DNA of 39,575 nt, from contig CALRFZ010000002.1 in the NCBI GenBank assembly GCA_943357015.1, forward strand, positions 1-39,575, read 5' to 3'. Origin of the DNA: Candidatus Staskawiczbacteria bacterium (GTDB taxonomy: Bacteria; Patescibacteriota; Minisyncoccia; Minisyncoccales; Staskawiczbacteraceae). The notes under the pieces are model-generated. The model worked only from the letters and a program-made list of their open reading frames with translations. It ran no database searches and had not been told where the DNA came from. The position numbers and the translations under genes were made by a program. Positions 9,948 through 16,700 of the stretch are shown piece by piece; positions within the stretch are counted from its first letter, which is position 1, and every line of letters begins with the position of its first letter.

Positions 9948-10037
9948 ATCAATATATAAATTACTTTGCTTATTTGTGCTCTATTTAATAACATAGAATA
10001 TTAAAATATATTTTCATATTCTACATCATCCTTTAAT

Positions 10038-10490
10038 ATGAAACCTTACGAATTAACTTATATTATATCTTCACATATTGTATCTGAACAAGTGGAAAAC
10101 CTTAAAAAGGGGGTGGAAGATTTTGTGCAAAAAAATGGTGGCGTGATTGTAAAATCCGAAAAATCTATTGCTCAAAGCTTGGCTTATCCAATCAAAAAAC
10201 ACAGCTCTGGTTTTTTTATGACATTGGAATTTAATGCAGAAGAAAAAGACATTAAGGCCTTAAAAGCGGAGTTAGAAAAAACACCTGATATTTTGCGTCA
10301 TTTTATTGTTGTTAAAATGCCCGCCAAAATTATGAAGGCACGCCGAACCAGAAAACCTGCCGTAGATGAAACTAAGGTTAAATCCAAAACTGAAAACACA
10401 GAAGTATTTAAGGAAAAGGCCATAAAAGATGAAAAACCCGTTGCAGACGAAGATATTGATAAAAAGTTAGACGAGATTCTTAGCGAATAG
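10038..10490 (+). CDS. rpsF: 30S ribosomal protein S6
   Basis: YELTYI and LAYPIKK motifs; rpsF-ssb-rpsR synteny. Confidence 0.95.
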   Translation: MKPYELTYIISSHIVSEQVENLKKGVEDFVQKNGGVIVKSEKSIAQSLAYPIKKHSSGFFMTLEFNAEEKDIKALKAELEKTPDILRHFIVVKMPAKIMKARRTRKPAVDETKVKSKTENTEVFKEKAIKDEKPVADEDIDKKLDEILSE

Positions 10491-10581
10491 TTTGTAGAAT
10501 TGTAGTGAGTAGTTTGTAGAATTGAATAAAATATTTTAATTCAAGAAAAAACTACCAACTACAAACTACTCACCACAAACT
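10488..10581. repeat. Heptamer-armed palindromic element (TAGTTGG family), inverted copy of 2313-2405
   Basis: Shared core GTAGAATTGAATAAA.TATTTTAATTCAAGAAAAA. Confidence 0.85.
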
Positions 10582-10587
10582 CGTAAA

Positions 10588-11133
10588 ATGAATTTAAACA
10601 AAGCGTTCATTCTTGGCAATGTCACGCGCGACCCAGAAATGCGGTCTTTGCCATCTGGCCTTCAAGTAGCTTCATTTGGAATGGCTACTAACAGATTTTA
10701 CACTGACGCTCAGGGCATTAAAAAACAAGAAGCAGAGTTTCATAACATAGTTTGTTTTGGAAAAACCGCCGATATTGCTTCCAGATTTTTAGTCAAAGGC
10801 GCAATGGTCTTAATTGAAGGCCGAATAAAAACCTCAAGCTGGCAAGGTACTGATGGCATTAAAAAATATAAAACCGAAATTATTGCCGAAAGTTTGCAAT
10901 TGGGACCAAGACCAAGTGGAGTAAATGGATCATCATCAGGACAAAATGCAAGACCAGCCTACTCTGCGCCAACACAAACAAATCCCGCCTCCGCGCAAAA
11001 CTACGGCGTGGCGAAGGAAGAAATACCAATCATAGAAGAAAACACCCCAGTAAACTTTAATATTGAAGAACCAAAAAGTTTCACCAGCGAAGAAAAATCA
11101 GACGAAATAGACGTAAAAGATATACCATTCTAA
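10588..11133 (+). CDS. ssb: Single-stranded DNA-binding protein
   Basis: OB fold (LNKAFILGNVTRDPE) and acidic tail ending DIPF. Confidence 0.97.
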   Translation: MNLNKAFILGNVTRDPEMRSLPSGLQVASFGMATNRFYTDAQGIKKQEAEFHNIVCFGKTADIASRFLVKGAMVLIEGRIKTSSWQGTDGIKKYKTEIIAESLQLGPRPSGVNGSSSGQNARPAYSAPTQTNPASAQNYGVAKEEIPIIEENTPVNFNIEEPKSFTSEEKSDEIDVKDIPF

Positions 11134-11240
11134 ATTTCCAATTACCAATATCCAATTCCCAATGAAAATCTAAATTTTTATAATTAGAAATTATGCATTT
11201 TATTGGAAATTAGAAATTAGAAATTAGAAATTAATTTTAA
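11134..11240. repeat. Heptamer-armed palindrome (CAATTWC / GAAATTA)
   Basis: ATTTC CAATTAC CAATATC CAATTCC CAAT left arm versus ATTG(GAAATTA)4 right arm. Confidence 0.8.
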
Positions 11241-11243
11241 ATT

Positions 11244-11441
11244 ATGTTCTGCCATTTTTGCCGAAAAAATATTGACGAAGTAGATTTTAAAGACATTGAA
11301 TTGTTGGCTAAGTTTGTTTCCGGTTTTTACAAAATCAAACCAAGAAAAAAAACTGGCCTTTGCAGTCACCATCAAAAGAAAGTCGCCACTGCTATTAAAC
11401 GAGCTAGACAAATGGCAATGATGCCTTATACTCCGCGCTAG
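11244..11441 (+). CDS. rpsR: 30S ribosomal protein S18 (Zn-binding CxxC form)
   Basis: CHFC, DFKD, TGLCSHHQ..AIKRAR motifs. Confidence 0.95.
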   Translation: MFCHFCRKNIDEVDFKDIELLAKFVSGFYKIKPRKKTGLCSHHQKKVATAIKRARQMAMMPYTPR

Positions 11442-11458
11442 TTGGTAGTTTGTAGAAC

Positions 11459-11499
11459 TAAAAAAACAGCCATAATCAAAAGATTGTGACTGTTTTTTT
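11459..11499 (+). terminator. Intrinsic terminator after rpsR (direct-repeat copy 1)
   Basis: AAAAAAACAGCCATAATC AAAA GATTGTGACTGTTTTTTT. Confidence 0.8.
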
Positions 11500-11505
11500 A
11501 TAAAT

Positions 11506-11533
11506 TTGACATGATTTTTATAAAGAGTAGAAT
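11506..11533 (+). promoter_or_regulatory. Promoter TTGACA-16-TAGAAT
   Basis: Near-consensus boxes 34 nt upstream of ATG 11568. Confidence 0.65.
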
Positions 11534-11567
11534 TATGAATAGACCTATCCCTAAATAATATAAAATT

Positions 11568-11825
11568 ATGACAAAAGAAAAATCTCTAAATATAAAAGAC
11601 ATCCAAGAACTACTAAACAATCAAACGGACGTTATTTTGAGCGCGGTTAATGAAAAAATCGAAGCACTCGATTTAAAATTTAGCCAAAAAATTGATTCTC
11701 TCACAACCACACTTGATAAATTTCTTAAAAGGATGACCGATATGGAGGATGAGTTTATGATGATGAAAAACGATTTAAATAGAATGAAAAAAGTTATCAA
11801 AGAAAAATTGGGTGTAGAGTTGTAA
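11568..11825 (+). CDS. Small coiled-coil hypothetical protein
   Basis: Heptad-like amphipathic pattern; own promoter and terminator. Confidence 0.75.
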   Translation: MTKEKSLNIKDIQELLNNQTDVILSAVNEKIEALDLKFSQKIDSLTTTLDKFLKRMTDMEDEFMMMKNDLNRMKKVIKEKLGVEL

Positions 11826-11852
11826 TAGTAAATATCTAATTAAATCTTGATA

Positions 11853-11891
11853 TAAAAAACAGCCATAATCAAAAAAGATTGCGGCTGTTTT
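11853..11891. terminator. Bidirectional terminator (direct-repeat copy 2)
   Basis: AAAAAACAGCCATAATC AAAAAA GATTGCGGCTGTTTT between convergent genes. Confidence 0.8.
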
Positions 11892-11991
11892 AGTTTTATT
11901 ATCCACAAAACAATATTCTTTCGTCTTTACCTAAAAAATTCTCTGACCAAACACAATAAAGTTAATGGCTAAATGCTAAATGTCATTTAAA

Positions 11992-13035
11992 CTAGCTCTC
12001 CACATCTGCCGACTCTACTGGTGTTACAGATGGAGCTAAAGCTTCCTTTTTTATTCGTTCTATGATTTCTGGATGAGCTTTCAGGTACTGTTTTGCCACT
12101 TCCGTTCCCACACCCATTTTTTCTCCATCAAACATAAAGGTATTACCAGATTGCTTTATTACGCCCGACAACAACCCTGCCCGCAATGCGTCACCCGCTT
12201 TAGAAATGCCTTCGTTATAATAAATATCAAATTCAGCTACCCGAAATGGCGCCGCTACTTTATTTTTTACCACTTTAGCCTTAACCCGATTACCAATAAT
12301 TTCATCGCCAGATTTTATCTGCGCCGTGCGTGACAAATTTACTCTTACTGAAGCATAAAATTTTAAGGCTAATCCCCCTGGCGTGGTTTCTGGATTACCA
12401 AAGACCATACCAATTTTCATACGGGTTTGGTTGATAAATATAATCATCGTATTGGATTTTGACGCAATACTAGATAATTTCCGACAGGCTTGACTCATCA
12501 TTCGCGCTTGTAAACCCATATGCTGATCGCCAATTTCACCCTCTATTTCACGCTGTGGAGTTAAAGCTGCCACTGAATCTACTACCACCACATCCACATT
12601 TTCTGATTTTACCAAAGTTTCTACAATTTGCAGGGCCTGCTCCCCACTTGATGGCTGAGAAATTAACAAGTCATCGGTATTTACTCCAAGACGCTTGGCA
12701 TAATCAGGGTCCATTGCGTGCTCGGCATCAATATAAGCACACACTCCGCCCTTTTTTTGTGCTTCAGCTACAATATGCAAAGACAGTGTGGTTTTACCAG
12801 AAGACTCCGCTCCATAAATTTCAATAATTCTACCCCGAGGCATTCCACCCACCCCCAAAGCCATATCCATAGCAATAGAACCCGTTGGAATAACATCCAC
12901 ATTCACTTTATTGCTTTCGGACAATTTCATAATTGACCCTTCTCCAAACCGCTCTTTAATTTCGTTAATTGCTGATGTTAAAGCCTTATCCTGCTTAGTT
13001 TCTTCCAGCTTTTTCTCTTTTTTTTCTTTGGCCAT
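11992..13035 (-). CDS. recA: Recombinase RecA
   Basis: [19 protein letters not shown] and [12 protein letters not shown] motifs. Confidence 0.98.
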   Translation of the reverse strand: MAKEKKEKKLEETKQDKALTSAINEIKERFGEGSIMKLSESNKVNVDVIPTGSIAMDMALGVGGMPRGRIIEIYGAESSGKTTLSLHIVAEAQKKGGVCAYIDAEHAMDPDYAKRLGVNTDDLLISQPSSGEQALQIVETLVKSENVDVVVVDSVAALTPQREIEGEIGDQHMGLQARMMSQACRKLSSIASKSNTMIIFINQTRMKIGMVFGNPETTPGGLALKFYASVRVNLSRTAQIKSGDEIIGNRVKAKVVKNKVAAPFRVAEFDIYYNEGISKAGDALRAGLLSGVIKQSGNTFMFDGEKMGVGTEVAKQYLKAHPEIIERIKKEALAPSVTPVESADVES

Positions 13036-13043
13036 AATTAGTT

Positions 13044-13182
13044 AATTTGAAATTTGAAATTTACAATTTGAATTCAATATTTCAATTATTTAATAATTTA
13101 ATTCGAAAACTCGTCGAGTTTTAGTATTTTCAAATTTGATATTTCAAATTGAATTCAAATTTCAAATTGTAAATTTCAAATT
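13044..13182. repeat. Heptamer-armed palindromic element (AAATTTG family), copy 2
   Basis: Arms nearly identical to 7351-7497; internal AAAACTCG-T-CGAGTTTT hairpin. Confidence 0.9.
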
Positions 13183-13187
13183 CACAG

Positions 13188-15413
13188 CTACACTTTTTTC
13201 CACTCATTATCTTCTGTTTTCTGCGGAGTGTCTTCTGACTCATCTAATCCGCCGGGCTCCAAACTTTCGGATTTTGGAATTATAGTAGTGTTATCTCCGT
13301 AAACTTCACGCGGTTTGGCGCCATCAGCACCACCAACAATACCCCTGTCTTCTAACATATCAATTAAACGCGCGGCGCGAGAATATCCAATTCTTAACCT
13401 TCGTTGCAAAAATGACGCTGAAGCTTTTTTGGTTTCTAAAACTATTCTTTTGACATCTTCAAATAATGGGTCGTCATCGCCAAAAAAAGTTTCTCCACCC
13501 TCGGTTTTTTCTTGCTGGGACTGATCAAGTTGGTTTTTTAAGCTTTCAATTAAATCTACCTGAGGTTCCTGCACTTTTTTACCCATTTCAGTCACCCAAT
13601 CAGTCACTCTTTTAACTTCATTTTCTGAAACGTAAGGCCCTTGAACTCGCGTAATCTTAGAGCTTTTTGACGACAAAAACAACATATCACCCATACCTAT
13701 TAATTTTTCGGCGCCCGAAGTATCAAGCACGGTGCGTGAATCTATTTGTGATGCCACTTGAAAACTAATTCTAGAACTAATATTGGCCTTAATTAATCCG
13801 GTAATAACTTCAACAGAAGGTCTTTGAGTTGCCAAAACTAAATGAATACCAGTGGCTCGCGCCATTTGAGCTAACCTGACAATACCAGCTTCTAATTCCT
13901 TGCCTTTAGCTGCCATTAAATCAGCTAATTCGTCAACAATTAACACAATATAAGGCATTTGTTTGCCTTGAGCCATAACAGTTTTATTGGCGTTATAACT
14001 TTTAATATTACGGGTTGGAATTTCAGAAAATACTTCAAATCGGCGTTCCATTTCTCGGGCCAACCATTGCAAAGCATTAATGGTTTTAGCGGCATCGTTA
14101 ATAACCGGACACAATAAATGCGGAATATCATTATAATTTTGAAATTCCACGCGCTTGGGGTCAACCATAATTAATCGTATTTGATCTGGCGTACTTTTAT
14201 ATAATAAACTTAAAATCAAAGAATTTAGAAAAATCGTTTTTCCTGTTCCAGTGGCACCCGCCACCAACATATGAGGCTGTTCTTCTAATGCGGTATAAGT
14301 TGGAGAGCCTGACACGTCTTTGCCAAGCGCCAACATTAAAGGTGACTCCGATGACTGATATTGTTGATCAGCCACCAAATTTCGCAATACCACTGTGGCG
14401 CGCACCTTGTTTGGTACTTCAATACCCACTAGTGATTTACCCGGAATTGGCGCTTCAATTCTAATTGGGTGAGCGGCTAAAGCCAAAGCCAAGTTATTTG
14501 ATAAAGTGGTGATTTTAGAAAGTTTAACTCCTTCAGCGGGCTTAAAAGCGTACTGGGTAACAGTCGGACCAACATTGACTTCGGTCATTTCCACGGGAAT
14601 ACCAAAATTTTCTAAGGTTTTTTTAATAATCAAAGAGTTTTCTTTGATGTTTCCTGAGGTTGGCGAAGTTTCATTTTTAGATAACAGGTCAATTGGTGGC
14701 AAAGAATATTTACCCTTAGACTGGGCCGACATTAAAGTCACTGCTTCTGGTTTTTGACTTTTAGCTTCTAGTGTTTTAGCCAGTTGCCATTTTCCATTTG
14801 CAATTTGCTTTTTTGGCAATTCGGTTTTTTCTGGTTCTATACCCTTAATGCGAAAATTCGGAGCATCGGAACTTTTCAGCGGATCTGGTTTTATTATTTC
14901 TTTTGGTTCTAACATTTGCATCCATACAGATTGCGTAAAGATAAACAAACCAATAATTATTGTAGTTGCAAAAACAATATTGGCCACTAAAATTCCAAAC
15001 GACCCAACCAATAATTTAGCTAATAAAAAACCTATCCAACCGCCATTCATATTGGCAAGGTCGCGCCCGCCCAACACCCCTGCAATACCAATTAAGGCAA
15101 TTATAATCGCCAAAATCAGGGCCAGATTACTGGTTTTTTTCTTAGTTTTTAAAAAAATTAACCCGCCAAGCAATAAAAATAATGGTAAAGCATAGGCAGA
15201 ATTTCCCACTAAAAACTGAGAAATTTTGGTAAACCACATACCTGCCAAACCAGCCTTATCTAAGAAACTTAAAATAATAATAATCGCAAACAAAAACATC
15301 ACTATTGCTTTAATTAAACGCTTAGTGTGTAAAGTTAAAAGATATTCTTTCTTTTTTTCTTTGCCGTTTTTAACTGGTTTTTCCAACTTTTCGTCTTTCT
15401 CTTTTTTAGCCAT
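13188..15413 (-). CDS. ftsK: DNA translocase FtsK/SpoIIIE
   Basis: N-terminal TM helices, GATGTGKT, DELADLM, ATQRPS and gamma domain LQRRLRIGYSRAAR. Confidence 0.97.
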   Translation of the reverse strand: MAKKEKDEKLEKPVKNGKEKKKEYLLTLHTKRLIKAIVMFLFAIIIILSFLDKAGLAGMWFTKISQFLVGNSAYALPLFLLLGGLIFLKTKKKTSNLALILAIIIALIGIAGVLGGRDLANMNGGWIGFLLAKLLVGSFGILVANIVFATTIIIGLFIFTQSVWMQMLEPKEIIKPDPLKSSDAPNFRIKGIEPEKTELPKKQIANGKWQLAKTLEAKSQKPEAVTLMSAQSKGKYSLPPIDLLSKNETSPTSGNIKENSLIIKKTLENFGIPVEMTEVNVGPTVTQYAFKPAEGVKLSKITTLSNNLALALAAHPIRIEAPIPGKSLVGIEVPNKVRATVVLRNLVADQQYQSSESPLMLALGKDVSGSPTYTALEEQPHMLVAGATGTGKTIFLNSLILSLLYKSTPDQIRLIMVDPKRVEFQNYNDIPHLLCPVINDAAKTINALQWLAREMERRFEVFSEIPTRNIKSYNANKTVMAQGKQMPYIVLIVDELADLMAAKGKELEAGIVRLAQMARATGIHLVLATQRPSVEVITGLIKANISSRISFQVASQIDSRTVLDTSGAEKLIGMGDMLFLSSKSSKITRVQGPYVSENEVKRVTDWVTEMGKKVQEPQVDLIESLKNQLDQSQQEKTEGGETFFGDDDPLFEDVKRIVLETKKASASFLQRRLRIGYSRAARLIDMLEDRGIVGGADGAKPREVYGDNTTIIPKSESLEPGGLDESEDTPQKTEDNEWKKV

Positions 15414-15493
15414 TTTTATGCAATTTATATACCTAGTCTATAGCTATTGTATCACCTCCCACAACTTTTTCGCAAGTGTATAATTTTACAAAT

Positions 15494-15528
15494 TAAAAAA
15501 ATCCCCACACAATCTTGCGTAGGGATTT
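15494..15528 (-). terminator. Intrinsic terminator
   Basis: Minus strand AAATCCCTACGCAA GA TTGTGTGGGGATTTTTTT. Confidence 0.7.
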
Positions 15529-15589
15529 AGTCGCCAGTAAAAAATAATGACTCCAAGTCTGACTCATAATCATCTTCATAATTTATCAT
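15527..15589 (-). CDS. Putative 20-aa acidic micro-peptide MINYEDDYESDLESLFFTGD
   Basis: ATGA overlap with the upstream micro-ORF; ends at the terminator. Confidence 0.3.
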   Translation of the reverse strand: MINYEDDYESDLESLFFTGD

Positions 15590-15672
15590 TTTTCTCTTGT
15601 TAATTCTACGATAATTAAAATCAGAGCGAGGCCAAATAATATACCCATGAAGATACCCAGCAAAATAACCAT
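15586..15672 (-). CDS. Putative 28-aa single-TM peptide MVILLGIFMGILFGLALILIIVELTREK
   Basis: GGAG Shine-Dalgarno 7 nt upstream, 22 apolar residues and a charged tail; not in the ORF track. Confidence 0.5.
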   Translation of the reverse strand: MVILLGIFMGILFGLALILIIVELTREK

Positions 15673-15725
15673 AAAATTTCTCCAAAAAAAAGTACAACTC
15701 AACACAAATCAATTGTGCTATACAT

Positions 15726-15761
15726 AAACCCCACCGCTGTACGAAGACAGAAGTGGGGTTT
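15726..15761. other. GC-rich hairpin downstream of the 187-aa gene (terminator or DGR-type cruciform)
   Basis: AAACCCCAC..CTGT-ACGAAG-ACAG..GTGGGGTTT. Confidence 0.7.
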
Positions 15762-15835
15762 TGTGAACGAAACGGTTCAAAGGGCTTAGTTTCCAAGGGT
15801 CAAAGGAGATCCAAGGATTTGAGCAACAAGAACTT

Positions 15836-16399
15836 TTACTTGCCTGCGACGGCCGCGGGAAAGTTGGAGCCAAAGCCATAGCCGAGCCAGACGTAGCCCC
15901 AGCTCCAGGACTTACCATTGAAGTAGAGGTAACGGACGTACAGATTGCCGTCGAAGAGCCGATAAATCGTACCCCAGAAGAAGACGTACTTGCCCTTCCA
16001 CTCTCCCGGAATCAGTTCCGGGTGGGCAAGCAAGTAGTCAAGCAGGTTGGCGTTATACACCCATTGGGTTTCCAGCACCAAGCGAAGTTCGTTGCCCCCG
16101 ATGCACTCGCCGCCTTGCTGCCCTGCGGCAAGGTAGAGTTGAACCTTTTGGGGATCCCACTCCAGTTGTCCGCCTTTCTTGTGGCTCTCGACTTTCCAGT
16201 TGTTGGGGATGTACGGGGTGGCGTCCATGTCGATGATGTGTTTGACGATCGTGATCTGGGCCTGGCCGTTAATCAACCTTCGGAGATCCTTTAGCTGAGG
16301 GAAATTCCTCATCTTTGTGACCTCATCAGGGGTGAAACCCGCCAATTCCAGAGCGTCGCCGAGCTGATTCATTTGGCCGATCGAAAACATAGTAGACAT
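15836..16399 (-). CDS. GC-rich 187-aa protein with a DGR variable-region-like (C-type lectin-like) C-terminus
   Basis: AAGGAG SD, strong GC3 bias, C-terminus FWGTIYR..DGNLYVRYLYFNGKSWSWGYVWLGYGFGSNFPAAV. CDS near certain; family is inferred. Confidence 0.75.
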   Translation of the reverse strand: MSTMFSIGQMNQLGDALELAGFTPDEVTKMRNFPQLKDLRRLINGQAQITIVKHIIDMDATPYIPNNWKVESHKKGGQLEWDPQKVQLYLAAGQQGGECIGGNELRLVLETQWVYNANLLDYLLAHPELIPGEWKGKYVFFWGTIYRLFDGNLYVRYLYFNGKSWSWGYVWLGYGFGSNFPAAVAGK

Positions 16400-16465
16400 C
16401 GTCTACTCCTTAGCTGTGGACACATCCGCACTTGGACATCGTCCGAAACACAGACCACCGAAATG

Positions 16466-16518
16466 GCAGTCATAGCCCTAAAATATCAAATTCATTGATA
16501 GCTTGGGGCTATGACTGC
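16466..16518. promoter_or_regulatory. Long hairpin in the 5' leader of the 187-aa gene
   Basis: Perfect 13-bp stem GCAGTCATAGCCC/GGGCTATGACTGC plus inner TATCAA/TTGATA. Confidence 0.7.
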
Positions 16519-16568
16519 TCTTTTTGCAAGTAATGTTAGTTGTAAAAGTGCTATTCTTACTATGTAAA

Positions 16569-16596
16569 ATTATAGCATATTATAGTTATATGTCAA
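16569..16596 (-). promoter_or_regulatory. Consensus promoter TTGACA-16-TATAAT with extended TG
   Basis: Plus strand ATTATAGCA at 16569-16577 and TGTCAA at 16591-16596. Confidence 0.75.
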
Positions 16597-16630
16597 TATT
16601 AGACTGTACATATAGACCCACAACTACCAC

Positions 16631-16662
16631 AACCAAAAAACCGCTTTTGCGGTTTTTTGGTT
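16631..16662 (-). terminator. rpoBC intrinsic terminator
   Basis: AACCAAAAAACCGC-AAAA-GCGGTTTTTTGGTT perfect stem. Confidence 0.88.
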
Positions 16663-16665
16663 TGA

Positions 16666-16696
16666 CTAGACCCTAGACCCTAAACACTAGACCCTA
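16666..16696. repeat. Solo heptamer array (TAGACCC)n
   Basis: TAGACCC TAGACCC TAAACAC TAGACCC. Confidence 0.75.
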
Positions 16697-16700
16697 ATTT

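Noticed and set aside
9960..10037. S6:S18 autoregulatory leader RNA
   Set aside because: A TAGAATAT/ATATTCTA hairpin is present, but I could not identify the conserved CCG-type motif.
15527..15918. ORF-track calls 15527-15796 and 15718-15918
   Set aside because: They run through a hairpin, and the second overlaps the 187-aa gene; the SD-led 28-aa and coupled 20-aa frames explain the region better.
15500..16700. Complete DGR locus in this window
   Set aside because: No reverse transcriptase, Avd-like ORF or AAC-rich template copy was found by eye; only a target-like gene is supported.
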